Part shown: piece by piece, positions 28,870-38,835 of the stretch
How the letters are laid out: each line of letters opens with the position of its first letter
How positions within the stretch are numbered: the first letter of the stretch is position 1
Source: an uncultured bacterium
GTDB taxonomy: Bacteria; Krumholzibacteriota; Krumholzibacteriia; Krumholzibacteriales; Krumholzibacteriaceae
DNA: 64,000 nucleotides
Direction of reading: 5' to 3'
Assembly (NCBI GenBank): GCA_965371515.1
Contig: CBDUYR010000007.1
Span: forward strand, 1-64,000
Program-made: the position numbers and the translations under genes
The notes under the pieces: generated by a model
The model's database searches: none
What the model saw: the letters and a program-made list of their open reading frames with translations, nothing else
What the model was told of the DNA's origin: nothing

Positions 28870-30152
28870 CAATGACCCGTATGCATGTACGATTACGATG
28901 GTCGATCGCGTCCGAGCGGTTTGTGCTGAGGCTTATCCTGCCGGGACTGTTCGTGCTCGGCAGCTTCTCCGCCGTATCTTCCCAAGCCCGGGGGAACGAG
29001 GGTAAGAGTGGTCTGCTGAAAATGGATGTGCAGGCATTGACTTCAGACGCGTTCGAGGGACGCGGCATAGGTACCGAAGGCCTTGAAAAGGCGCTTGCCT
29101 ATGTGGAGAAACGATTTGAGGAGGCGGGTCTTCGTCCATTCGGGGTCAAGGGGTACCGCCAGCCGTTCAGCGGACCCGGCGGTACGACACTGGTCAATAT
29201 CATCGGCGTTCTGGGGGCGGCCGAAGGAGAACAGCATGTCATAGTCGGTGCGCATTACGACCATCTGGGAATGGGTGAGCCCGGTGAAGCGAACTACGGC
29301 AAGATGCACCCTGGAGCCGACGACAATGCTTCCGGAGTAGCCGCACTGCTCGAATGCGCACGGCGCCTTCGTGAGCAGGGGGAGCCCGCCCGCCCCGTTG
29401 TATTCATTGCATTCTCTGGTGAGGAAAAGGGGCTCTTGGGAAGCGCCCACTATGTGATGCAACCGGTGCTCCCATTGAATCAGTGTACAGGGATGGTAAA
29501 CCTGGACACGGTGGGAAGGCTCTTTGACGGTGCGCTCACTATCTTCGGTGCGAGTACGGCCGACGAATTTAAGCACATTCTCAAGGGAGTCAACTACGGT
29601 TTCCGGTTTGAGCTCAAATTACCGGAGGCGGATCCAGGCGGGAGCGACCAGGTCAGTTTCGTGCGGCGGGGTATCCCGGCAATTCAGATCTTCACCGGTC
29701 CCCACGAAGATTATCATCGGCCGGGAGACACCGCCGACAAGATCGATTACGCGGGGTTGGAACGGATTGCTGAGTTCACGGGCGAGCTGGTGTCATATCT
29801 GGCCGACCGGGATGAGGCGTTGAGCTTCGTGCCGCCCGGTGCGGAGAAAGCCGCAGCCAAAGTAAAAGCGTTGGGGGGTGGCGGCCGCCGCGTCAGTTTC
29901 GGCAGCATCCCTGATTTTAACCACACAGGCGAAGGTGTTCTTCTCTCTGGCGTCATCCCCGGGAGCCCGGCGGAGAAAGCCGGACTCAAGGCGGGAGATC
30001 TGCTCGTGGAGTTTGAGGGGGCGCCCGTCGAGGATTTGAGAGGGTTAAGCAACATTCTCAAGGAACTCTCACCGGGTGACGAAGTGAGCGTGGTGTTCGT
30101 GCGCGGAGGCGAGCGACGCACGACAACCGTTACCGTTGTGGAGCGCAAGTAA
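28866..30152 (+). CDS. M28-family peptidase with a C-terminal PDZ domain
   Basis: GAHYDHLG, GADDNASG, FSGEEKGLLGS, NLD, SDQ, YHRPGD; PDZ GSIPDF...GSPAEKAGLKAGD; ATGA overlap. Confidence 0.9.
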   Translation: MTMTRMHVRLRWSIASERFVLRLILPGLFVLGSFSAVSSQARGNEGKSGLLKMDVQALTSDAFEGRGIGTEGLEKALAYVEKRFEEAGLRPFGVKGYRQPFSGPGGTTLVNIIGVLGAAEGEQHVIVGAHYDHLGMGEPGEANYGKMHPGADDNASGVAALLECARRLREQGEPARPVVFIAFSGEEKGLLGSAHYVMQPVLPLNQCTGMVNLDTVGRLFDGALTIFGASTADEFKHILKGVNYGFRFELKLPEADPGGSDQVSFVRRGIPAIQIFTGPHEDYHRPGDTADKIDYAGLERIAEFTGELVSYLADRDEALSFVPPGAEKAAAKVKALGGGGRRVSFGSIPDFNHTGEGVLLSGVIPGSPAEKAGLKAGDLLVEFEGAPVEDLRGLSNILKELSPGDEVSVVFVRGGERRTTTVTVVERK

Positions 30153-30269
30153 GATAGCGATGGAAAGAACAGGATTCGAGGACAAGATTCTGAAGTGCCA
30201 TTGACCTGCCCTACGAGTTAATACCACCCTATGAGTTTTACACAGCTATTATATCGGCCTATTGACCCG

Positions 30270-30773
30270 TCAGAACGGCAGGATCACACCGATGTTTGCT
30301 CCGACTCCGCTCATATCAGCACTTCCACCGATACTGCTATCAAGATCAGGCTCAAGCCAGAGATAGCGGAGCTCGCCGAATACGCCCAGCCCCAAGAGCG
30401 TGATCTCAACGCCTGCGGCAGCGAATCCGCCCAGCGAGTTCTTCGGCGAATAGTCACCGGAGAAGATATAGTAGCCGATTCCGACGCCACCGTAGAACAT
30501 TCCCAGTTTCGCGCGGCCAAATGCCTCGAGGGGGAACATGTCGAGGTCTCCTTCTCCTTCATTGCCGCTGTACCTGAGCCAGGATGCGCGTACATCCATT
30601 GAGATGATCGGTATGATACTGAACTCGTGCTTGAGACCGAGGCCGTAGCCTGAATCCGCGTCCTTGGAATCCTGCCACTGCCCAAATATGCCTATCGCTT
30701 GTGCGGGTAAAACACAGACCACAAGCAGGATCATGATAAGCGCAGAACAGCTTAAGATACTCGTGCTTTTCAT
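30270..30773 (-). CDS. Small outer-membrane beta-barrel protein
   Basis: Signal peptide from MKSTSILS; alternating amphipathic strands; terminal Phe (GVILPF). Confidence 0.7.
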   Translation of the reverse strand: MKSTSILSCSALIMILLVVCVLPAQAIGIFGQWQDSKDADSGYGLGLKHEFSIIPIISMDVRASWLRYSGNEGEGDLDMFPLEAFGRAKLGMFYGGVGIGYYIFSGDYSPKNSLGGFAAAGVEITLLGLGVFGELRYLWLEPDLDSSIGGSADMSGVGANIGVILPF

Positions 30774-30976
30774 CGATACTCTCCTTCGTTTCAGGATCGG
30801 GGGTGCTGTAATATTTTTACAGTGGGTACCATAATCGAAGCGATTCCCGTAAGCAAAGCAGAATATTCGACAGGTCGCCTGATCCGGCAAATATTATGGA
30901 CAAGCCGAACGGAGATATGATTACAATTCTAAAGATGTCTGACGACTGGAGCACGAACTGTCGAAGGGGAATGGAA

Positions 30977-31906
30977 ATGAAGAGCACATGTATGGCAAGG
31001 GCCTTTCTGGCAGCTGTTTCAGCTGCAACGCTTGCGGCAGGCACTTCCTGTACGTCTGAGCGGGCGCGGCCGGACATCTCGCACGCACCGACTCTGACGG
31101 AAGCCGGTAACGCCGAGTACTCAGGAATATACGAATATCCGGTCCGACTTGACGGAGGACGCTATGAAGGAGAGCCATTCGTGGAGGGTGGTGCCTCCCG
31201 GCCTTCGGTACAGCTTGTTCAGGATCTGTTCAAGACTGGCGATTTCGACGCAGACGGTTGCGAGGAAGCAGTCGTCCTGCTGGTCGAGAACTCGGGAGGA
31301 TCGGGATCGTTCGTCTACGTAGCTGCTCTCGTCCGAAGGGGGGGAGTAGTCGAAAACACAGGCACGAAACTTGTCGGTGACCGTATACAGATCCGGTCCA
31401 TATTGATCGACGGCGGAGAGATCATGCTTGAAATCGTACAGCAGGGGCCAGGAGACGCCGCGTGCTGTCCTACGCAGAAAGCCAGCATGATCTGGGGGCT
31501 CGGCGGCGACGGGCTCGTCGAGAAGTCGTTAGAAGTGACGGGAACGCTATGCATTGCGGACCTTGCGGGCGTCGAGTGGGTGCTGAAATCGCTCGACTTG
31601 AACGAACCGGTTCCCGGCGATCCTCCGCTCACCCTGGTCTTTAAGGATGGGATGGTATCTGGATCGAGCGGTTGCAACCGGTATTTCGCGGCCGTCACAG
31701 AATCCACGCCCGGTGAGATCACTATCGAGGAAACAGGCACTACGAGGATGGCCTGTCCCGATGAGGTCATGCTGCTCGAGAAGAGGTATCTAGGGGCGCT
31801 CGAGGGATCTGTCGGATACAGTTACTTATGGGGAAGACTCGTGCTCACATGCACTGTCGGAGACCACTTGGCCTCTCTGATATTCGAGGCCGGCGAATCC
31901 CCATGA
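30977..31906 (+). CDS. META (HslJ) domain lipoprotein
   Basis: Lipobox-like GTSC; C-terminal VSGSSGCNRYF...TTRMACP. Confidence 0.78.
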   Translation: MKSTCMARAFLAAVSAATLAAGTSCTSERARPDISHAPTLTEAGNAEYSGIYEYPVRLDGGRYEGEPFVEGGASRPSVQLVQDLFKTGDFDADGCEEAVVLLVENSGGSGSFVYVAALVRRGGVVENTGTKLVGDRIQIRSILIDGGEIMLEIVQQGPGDAACCPTQKASMIWGLGGDGLVEKSLEVTGTLCIADLAGVEWVLKSLDLNEPVPGDPPLTLVFKDGMVSGSSGCNRYFAAVTESTPGEITIEETGTTRMACPDEVMLLEKRYLGALEGSVGYSYLWGRLVLTCTVGDHLASLIFEAGESP

Positions 31907-31919
31907 CATCAATTATCTC

Positions 31920-31948
31920 TTTACATCACAGCCATGTATCACTATTCT
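31920..31948 (+). promoter_or_regulatory. Candidate sigma70 promoter
   Basis: TTTACA, 17 nt, TATTCT upstream of the porin-family gene. Confidence 0.45.
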
Positions 31949-31994
31949 GCCCATGAAGACGAAATGCATTCTGCAGAATAAGGAGAATAAAATC

Positions 31995-32768
31995 ATGCGC
32001 AAGGGTAACCTGGTGGTATTAATTGCGTTACTCGCTTCTATCATCTTTTCCGGTTCGGTTTCTGCCGATCTGCGCTGGCAGGCAGGGCTCAAGGGAGGAG
32101 CGAACTGGGGCAAGCTGAAAGGCGATCCGGTCAGCCTGTGGCTGGGTGGCGAAGATTCCCAGCTGGCAGGCAGCATCGGAGACAGCAAGCTCGGTTTCAC
32201 CGGCGGCGCTTTTCTTACTCTGTTTTTCAACGATTTTATAGGCATTCAGGGCGAGGCGATGTTTATCCAGAAGGGCGGGAAAGGAACGGCCTCCGGCGAG
32301 ATTATCTATTACCCACCTTACGATAACCCGCGCCCCGCTTTCTTCAACGGCGAAGTCTCCGCCAATCTCGACTATGTAGAGTTTCCCGTTATGGCCGTAT
32401 TCGAGTTCGATGCTTCCGAAGGGGGCAAGATCCGTCTCCGCGGTATGGCCGGGATGACTTTCGCGTTCAACATCCACGCCGAGGCGAGACTCCAGGGAAC
32501 CGCGGAAGTCGAGATGCAGGATACAAGCAAACGATTTTACGAAGTGGACGAGAGAAAGGATTTCGGGGAACTGGTACAGGAATTCGAATTCGGTCTCATA
32601 TTCGGCGGTGCGGTCTATTGGGATATCGGAAAGGTCGACCTGCTCATAGAATCGAGATGGGAGAGAGGACTCACCTCCCTGGACAATACGACATTATACC
32701 GTGATATCTATACGAGCAACGTAAGCCTCATGTTCGGAGTAAGCGTTCCCATCGGTGGAGAACGCTGA
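31995..32768 (+). CDS. Porin-family / PorT-like outer-membrane beta-barrel protein
   Basis: Signal peptide; GLKGGAN, IQGEAMFIQKG, LDYVEFP, RWERGLT, terminal GVSVPI. Confidence 0.75.
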   Translation: MRKGNLVVLIALLASIIFSGSVSADLRWQAGLKGGANWGKLKGDPVSLWLGGEDSQLAGSIGDSKLGFTGGAFLTLFFNDFIGIQGEAMFIQKGGKGTASGEIIYYPPYDNPRPAFFNGEVSANLDYVEFPVMAVFEFDASEGGKIRLRGMAGMTFAFNIHAEARLQGTAEVEMQDTSKRFYEVDERKDFGELVQEFEFGLIFGGAVYWDIGKVDLLIESRWERGLTSLDNTTLYRDIYTSNVSLMFGVSVPIGGER

Positions 32769-32780
32769 TATCGCTGACAG

Positions 32781-34436
32781 ATGCCAAAAAGCTCTCTGTT
32801 CCGTACGATCTTCATAATCATCACAGCAGCGCTTACGGCGCGGTGTACCACTGTGGACGAAACAGCGATCGAAAGCCGTGAGGTCGAATCCGCGGCGGGC
32901 CTGATCGATCTCCAGCTCACAAAGGCGGAGATCGACTCGATGCTCCCTGACCTCGTCGATCAACTCAAATCATATCAATCGATGAGAGAGGTACCGGTCG
33001 GAAATACGGTGCGCCCCGCTCTCGTTTTTGATCCCGTTCCGCGAGGACGCGGAGGATTCGATGGCGGGGACCTGCTGAAGGTCTCTCCAACGTATCGCAG
33101 AGAGCTTCCGGACAACATGGAGGATCTCGCTTTCTGGACGGTGAGGGACCTGGCAGAACTGATCAGGACCAGGCAGATAACATCGACGCAGCTTACGAAG
33201 ATGTATCTCGATCGCTTGAAGATGCACGGTCCGACACTGGAATGCGTCATTACCCTTACAGAGGAACTCGCCCTCGAACAGGCTGCGCACGCCGACGAGG
33301 AACTCGCATCGGGAAGGTACAGGGGGCTGCTGCACGGGATACCGTACGGTGCTAAGGACCTGCTCGCCGTAAAGGGATACAGGACAACGTGGGGCGCCGA
33401 ACCTTACAGGGAACAGACGATCGACGAGACCGCGACGGTCATAAAAAAACTCGAAGAAGCAGGCGCGGTGCTTGTCGCGAAGCTGACGCTCGGAGCTCTG
33501 GCCTGGGGCGACGTCTGGTACGGCGGAGTCACGAAGAATCCGTGGAACCTCGAGCAGGGCTCGAGCGGTTCCTCGGCGGGATCCGCTTCGGCCACTTCCG
33601 CCGGGCTGGTTGCCTTCTCGATCGGCACCGAGACGTGGGGATCGATCGTATCCCCGTGCACGAGGTGTGGAGTGACCGGGCTGAGGCCGACATTCGGCAG
33701 GGTTAGCAGGGCGGGAGCGATGGCGCTTAGCTGGTCGATGGACAAGATCGGCCCGATCTGCAGGAGCGTTGAGGACTGCGCGATAGTATTCGACGTGATC
33801 CGCGGCCCAGACGGTAAGGATCCGACGGTCGTTGACGCGCCGTTCAGATACGATTTTGATGAGGATACAGGTCGTCTCAGAATCGGATTCCTGCCTGAAG
33901 ACTTCGAACGCGACAACTCGTTTCATGAAACCGATTCGATAGCGCTCGATGTACTGCGGGGCATGGGGATCGACCTGATCCCGATCGAGATTCCCGATTA
34001 TCCCGTATATCCACTCGGTATAATACTCAGCGCTGAGGCCGCTGCCGCATTTGACGAGTTGAGCAGATCGGGGAGGGACGACCTTCTCGTCAGGCAGATA
34101 AGGAACGCCTGGCCCAATGTATTCAGGACAGCACGTTTCATCCCGGCGGTGGAATACATACAGGCAAACAGGATCAGATCGATGATCATGAGAAAGATGG
34201 AAGATCTCGATGTCGACATATACGTATCGCCCTCTTTCGGGGAGAATCTTCTCCTGACGAACCTTACCGGGCATCCCTGTGTCGTGCTCCCGAATGGCTT
34301 CAATTCCGAGGGCGGCACGGTGAGCATCACCTTCATCGGGCAGCCGTTCGAGGAGGGAAAGCTGCTCGCGTTTGCCAGGGCATACCAGGAAGAGACAGGT
34401 TTTCACAGGAAGTACCCTCCAAAGTTTGCAAGGTAG
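32781..34436 (+). CDS. Amidase signature family protein (exported)
   Basis: PYGAKD, GSSGSSAGS and GTETWGSIVSP (Ser-cisSer-Lys triad region). Confidence 0.92.
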   Translation: MPKSSLFRTIFIIITAALTARCTTVDETAIESREVESAAGLIDLQLTKAEIDSMLPDLVDQLKSYQSMREVPVGNTVRPALVFDPVPRGRGGFDGGDLLKVSPTYRRELPDNMEDLAFWTVRDLAELIRTRQITSTQLTKMYLDRLKMHGPTLECVITLTEELALEQAAHADEELASGRYRGLLHGIPYGAKDLLAVKGYRTTWGAEPYREQTIDETATVIKKLEEAGAVLVAKLTLGALAWGDVWYGGVTKNPWNLEQGSSGSSAGSASATSAGLVAFSIGTETWGSIVSPCTRCGVTGLRPTFGRVSRAGAMALSWSMDKIGPICRSVEDCAIVFDVIRGPDGKDPTVVDAPFRYDFDEDTGRLRIGFLPEDFERDNSFHETDSIALDVLRGMGIDLIPIEIPDYPVYPLGIILSAEAAAAFDELSRSGRDDLLVRQIRNAWPNVFRTARFIPAVEYIQANRIRSMIMRKMEDLDVDIYVSPSFGENLLLTNLTGHPCVVLPNGFNSEGGTVSITFIGQPFEEGKLLAFARAYQEETGFHRKYPPKFAR

Positions 34437-34458
34437 TCAAGGAAAGGAAGGGAGAAAC

Positions 34459-36540
34459 ATGAAGGGACTCACATCGATAAGCAGTATCTCGATGGTGATA
34501 CTCGCGGTGGCGATGATATCAGGTGCAGCGCTGGCGAAGCCTGACTGGATGAAGGATTCGATGACGAAGCTCGAGAAAGAGCTGACAGAGAAATATGGGA
34601 CGGAGCATAGCGCGAGGCTGGTCAAGGGAATGGACCAGGTTGCCCGTTTCTGGCGCGAAGAGGACGGCGGTCCGGATATCTTCGACGAGTTCGTCAGAAA
34701 CAATTTCGCTGGCGACGATGAGGTCCTGGACGACCTGTTCAATCGCTGGGAATTCCTGCTCGAGAGTATATTCGGCCACATGGGCGAGATAAGGATGGCG
34801 ATGGGCAGGCAGGCCGATCTCGACATCGGTCCGCTCTACGAATTCGACAGGGTGACCGCCTCCTACTCCGCGTCGGCGCACATCGCAGACGATTTTTTCA
34901 GGAACAAGCTCGCCTTCACCGTGCTTCTCAATTTCCCGCTCACCACGCTTGAGGAAAGGCTGACCAAGGGGGAGAACTGGACGAGGCGGCAGTGGGCTGA
35001 CGTGAGGCTGGCCCAGTGGTTCTCAAGAAGGGTCCCGTCCGAAGTGAATCTCGAGGTGGCCAAGGCATCGGCCGCTTCAGACCAGTATATCGCGGACTAC
35101 AACATCTGGATGCACCACCTTCTGGACGATGACGGAAACCGCCTCTTCCCGCCGAAGATGAGGCTTCTTTCGCACTGGAACCTCAGGGACCAGATCAAGG
35201 CCGATTACGGTGATAGCGAGGGAGCGCTCGAGAGGCAAAGGATGATCCAGAAGGTGATGGAGCGGATAGTCGATCAGACGATCCCTGAGATCGTCGTGAA
35301 CAATCCGCACGTCGACTGGAATCCATACACCAACGAGGTTTGGCCGGCGAAGGTAAACGATTCGGATACCGAGCCGCCGTCAGATCTGAAAGTCACCGCC
35401 GACAGGGAACCGGATACACGCTACAGGATATGGTTCGACACCTTCAAGGCCTCGACGCTGGTCGACGAGTATTCACCACTCGCCCCGACACTGATAGCGC
35501 GAAGGTTCAACGAGGGAAGGGAGATCCCCGAGGAGAAGATCGAGGCGATGCTTGTACAGGTATGCTCATCTCCCCTCGTTAAAAAGATCGCCGCGATTGC
35601 GAAGAAGAACCTCGGACGCGACCTCGAACCGTTCGACATATGGTACAACGGATTCAGATCGAGGGGCAAATACACCGAACCGGAACTCGACATTGTCACG
35701 AGGGAGAAATATCCCACGGCAGGAGATTTCGAGAAGGACATCGAGCGGATGCTCATCGCGCTCGATTTTCCCGAAGACAGGGCGAAATATCTTTCCGGCA
35801 AGATCGTTGTAGAGCCGGCTCGCGGCTCGGGCCACGCAGCAGGCGCCGGCATGTGCTCGGCTCCGGCCCGTCTGCGAACAAGGGTCGGTGCTGAGGGGAT
35901 GGACTACAAAGGATTCAACATCGCCGCCCACGAGCTCGGCCACAACGTCGAGCAGGTGCTCTCCCTGTGCGATGTAGACTATTACGTGTTGCAGGGAGTA
36001 CCGAACACCGCATTCACCGAGGCGTTCGCATATGTCTTCCAAGGCAACGACTTGATGCTTCTGGGCCTCGAGAAGGATAGTGGTGGAAGAGCCGAGGCGA
36101 TGTCGATCGTGAACGAGTTCTGGATGACCGCAGAGATCGGCGCCGTATCGCTCGTCGACATGAAGGCCTGGCGCTGGATGTACGAGAATCCCGACGCGAC
36201 GCCGCAGGAGTTCAGGAAAGCTGTCATAGAGATCTCGAAGGATGTCTGGAACACCTACTTCGCCGATATATTCGGGAAGAAGGACGTGACACTCCTCGCT
36301 GTCTATTCGCACCTGGTCCACTCGTACCTATACCTGCCGGACTACGCGATCGGACACATGATCGCCTTCCAGGTCAAGGAGCAGATGCGCGAGGCTGGAA
36401 ACATAGGCGTCGAGTTCGAGAGGATGGCTATCGCTGGAAGGATCGCGCCCGACCTCTGGATGAAGAACGCGACAGGTAAACAGGTGAGCCCCGATGCCCT
36501 TATAGCGGCGACGGAGAGAGCGCTCAAGGAACTTGATTAG
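34459..36540 (+). CDS. Exported hypothetical protein, probable gluzincin (M3-like) metallopeptidase
   Basis: Signal peptide; HELGH with a downstream TEAFA glutamate; HLVHSYLYLPDY resembles the M3 C-terminal motif. Confidence 0.6.
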   Translation: MKGLTSISSISMVILAVAMISGAALAKPDWMKDSMTKLEKELTEKYGTEHSARLVKGMDQVARFWREEDGGPDIFDEFVRNNFAGDDEVLDDLFNRWEFLLESIFGHMGEIRMAMGRQADLDIGPLYEFDRVTASYSASAHIADDFFRNKLAFTVLLNFPLTTLEERLTKGENWTRRQWADVRLAQWFSRRVPSEVNLEVAKASAASDQYIADYNIWMHHLLDDDGNRLFPPKMRLLSHWNLRDQIKADYGDSEGALERQRMIQKVMERIVDQTIPEIVVNNPHVDWNPYTNEVWPAKVNDSDTEPPSDLKVTADREPDTRYRIWFDTFKASTLVDEYSPLAPTLIARRFNEGREIPEEKIEAMLVQVCSSPLVKKIAAIAKKNLGRDLEPFDIWYNGFRSRGKYTEPELDIVTREKYPTAGDFEKDIERMLIALDFPEDRAKYLSGKIVVEPARGSGHAAGAGMCSAPARLRTRVGAEGMDYKGFNIAAHELGHNVEQVLSLCDVDYYVLQGVPNTAFTEAFAYVFQGNDLMLLGLEKDSGGRAEAMSIVNEFWMTAEIGAVSLVDMKAWRWMYENPDATPQEFRKAVIEISKDVWNTYFADIFGKKDVTLLAVYSHLVHSYLYLPDYAIGHMIAFQVKEQMREAGNIGVEFERMAIAGRIAPDLWMKNATGKQVSPDALIAATERALKELD

Positions 36541-36606
36541 ATCGAATACATGTGCTAATTTACGATTCGTTTCATCACTGAATGAGCGTTTAAGAAGCGG
36601 AGTGCG

Positions 36607-37596
36607 ATGGGCAAGGACAACGAAAAAAAAGTGTTGCTGACCGGCTCTCTCGGGCAGATAGGTTCCGAGCTGGCGTTCGCCCTGGCGGATAGATACGGGG
36701 CGGAAAATATTGTTACAAGCGACGTCCGTGAGGACAGCCATGGGATACTCGAAGGCGCCGGGACGTTCGTGGAGCTCGATGTACTCTCGGCGGGTGATTT
36801 CGACTCGATTGTCAGAGATCATCAGATCGATACGATATACCACCTGGCGGCTCTTCTCTCGGCGGTTGCCGAGGAGAAGCCGCGGATGGCATGGGATATA
36901 AACATGAACGGGCTTGTCAATGCCCTCGAGGTGGCGAAGGAGAACGGCTGCAGCCTCTTCGTTCCCAGCTCTATCGGCGCGTTCGGACCCGATACTCCGC
37001 TCGACAACACACCGCAAGATACTATCATGCGGCCACATTCGATGTACGGGGTGACTAAGGTCTCGGGCGAGCTCCTCTGCGACTATTACAATATGCGCTT
37101 CGGCGTTGATACCCGCGGGGTAAGGTACCCCGGCATCATATCGAGCAAGACACTACCCGGAGGGGGTACTACTGACTACGCGGTGGAGATCTTCTACCAC
37201 GCAATATTGTACGGCAGCTACACCTGCTGCCTTAAGTCAGGCACCTCCCTAGACATGATGTACATGCCCGACGCGATCAAGGCTGCAATCGACGTGATGG
37301 AAGCGGATCCTGCCAGTCTGAAGCACAGGAACGCCTTCAACGTGACGGCGATGCACTTCGACCCGGAGGAGATAGCAGCCGAGATAAGAAAACACATCCC
37401 GGAATTCGCGATGGATTACGAGATAGATCCCGTGCGGCAGGCCATCGCCGAGTCGTGGCCGAACTACATGGACGACTCTGCCGCGAGAGAAGAATGGGGA
37501 TGGCTGCCGGAATACGACCTGGCCAGGATGACCGGGGAGATGCTCGGGGAACTGGGAGAGAGGCACGGCAGGGGAGAGCTGGAGATAGAAGCCTGA
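36607..37596 (+). CDS. tdh: SDR-type L-threonine 3-dehydrogenase
   Basis: [37 protein letters not shown]; adjacent to kbl. Confidence 0.88.
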   Translation: MGKDNEKKVLLTGSLGQIGSELAFALADRYGAENIVTSDVREDSHGILEGAGTFVELDVLSAGDFDSIVRDHQIDTIYHLAALLSAVAEEKPRMAWDINMNGLVNALEVAKENGCSLFVPSSIGAFGPDTPLDNTPQDTIMRPHSMYGVTKVSGELLCDYYNMRFGVDTRGVRYPGIISSKTLPGGGTTDYAVEIFYHAILYGSYTCCLKSGTSLDMMYMPDAIKAAIDVMEADPASLKHRNAFNVTAMHFDPEEIAAEIRKHIPEFAMDYEIDPVRQAIAESWPNYMDDSAAREEWGWLPEYDLARMTGEMLGELGERHGRGELEIEA

Positions 37597-37619
37597 TACG
37601 GAAACGCGAGGAGAGGAAG

Positions 37620-38813
37620 ATGTACACGATAAAGGAAGAGCTCCAGGCGACCTTGAAGGAGATCAGGGAGGCCGGGCTTTACAAGGAAGAGCGGATCATT
37701 GTCACCGAGCAGAGGGCCGATATAAAGGTCAGCACGGGCGAGGAGGTCCTCAATTTCTGCGCGAACAACTACCTCGGACTCGCGAATAATCCGGACCTGA
37801 TCGACGCCGCCAAATCCTCGATGGATTCCCACGGGTTCGGGATGTCCTCGGTGCGTTTCATCTGCGGAACGCAGGACATTCACAAGACGCTGGAGGCCAG
37901 CATCGCGGAATATTTCCAGACCGAGGACGCGATACTCTACACATCCTGCTTCGACGCGAACGGCGGACTCTTCGAGGTCCTCCTGACGGCGGACGACGCG
38001 ATCATAAGCGACGAGCTGAACCACGCGTCGATAATCGACGGTGTACGGCTCTGCAAGGCGAAGAGGTACCGTTATAAAAATAATGACATGAAGGACCTTC
38101 GGGTGCAGCTCGAGGCTGCGAAGGCCGGCGGCGCGGGAAGGATAATGGTTGCGACCGACGGCGTATTCTCGATGGACGGGATAATCGCCCAGATCGACAA
38201 GATATGCGATGTGGCGGAGGAGTTCGGCGCCCTGGTGATGGTCGACGACTCGCATGCCACAGGCTTTTTCGGTCCCACGGGCAGGGGCAGCGTCGAATAC
38301 TGCGGCGCACTGGGCAGAGTCGACATTATAACTTCGACGCTCGGCAAGGCCATGGGCGGTGCCTCGGGCGGCTTTACGACGGGGAGGCAGGAGATCATCG
38401 ACTTGCTGCGACAGCGGTCGCGACCGTATCTTTTTTCGAACACGCTCGCGCCGGCCCTGGTCGCGGCTGCCATCAGGGCATTCGAGATGCTGTCTAAACC
38501 CAGCCCGATGCTCATGACGCTCGTAGAGAACACGAAATATTTCAGGGAGAAGATGACAGAGGCGGGATTCGAGATAGTACCGGGTACCCATCCGATCGTG
38601 CCTGTCATGCTCGGCGACGCGAAACTCTCGCAGGAACTGGCGAACATGCTCCTGAAAGAAGGAATATACGTCATCGGATTCTTCTATCCCGTCGTGCCGA
38701 AGGGCAAGGCGAGGATAAGGGTCCAGATATCGGCAGCCCATTCGCGCGAACATCTGGATAAGGCTGTAAATGCGTTTATTAAGGTTGGCAAAGAACTTGG
38801 AGTGATTACTTGA
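37620..38813 (+). CDS. kbl: Glycine C-acetyltransferase (2-amino-3-ketobutyrate CoA ligase)
   Basis: [53 protein letters not shown]. Confidence 0.95.
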   Translation: MYTIKEELQATLKEIREAGLYKEERIIVTEQRADIKVSTGEEVLNFCANNYLGLANNPDLIDAAKSSMDSHGFGMSSVRFICGTQDIHKTLEASIAEYFQTEDAILYTSCFDANGGLFEVLLTADDAIISDELNHASIIDGVRLCKAKRYRYKNNDMKDLRVQLEAAKAGGAGRIMVATDGVFSMDGIIAQIDKICDVAEEFGALVMVDDSHATGFFGPTGRGSVEYCGALGRVDIITSTLGKAMGGASGGFTTGRQEIIDLLRQRSRPYLFSNTLAPALVAAAIRAFEMLSKPSPMLMTLVENTKYFREKMTEAGFEIVPGTHPIVPVMLGDAKLSQELANMLLKEGIYVIGFFYPVVPKGKARIRVQISAAHSREHLDKAVNAFIKVGKELGVIT

Positions 38814-38835
38814 AGTTGTTTATAAGGAGGTTCCC

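Noticed and set aside
22122..30270. Integrative element at tRNA-Glu
   Set aside because: No integrase or transposase and no duplicated tRNA 3' end found by eye; kept only as a weak finding.
32970..38753. Long antisense ORFs opposite the amidase and kbl (478 aa and 429 aa)
   Set aside because: Same shadow-ORF effect, with no recognisable domains.
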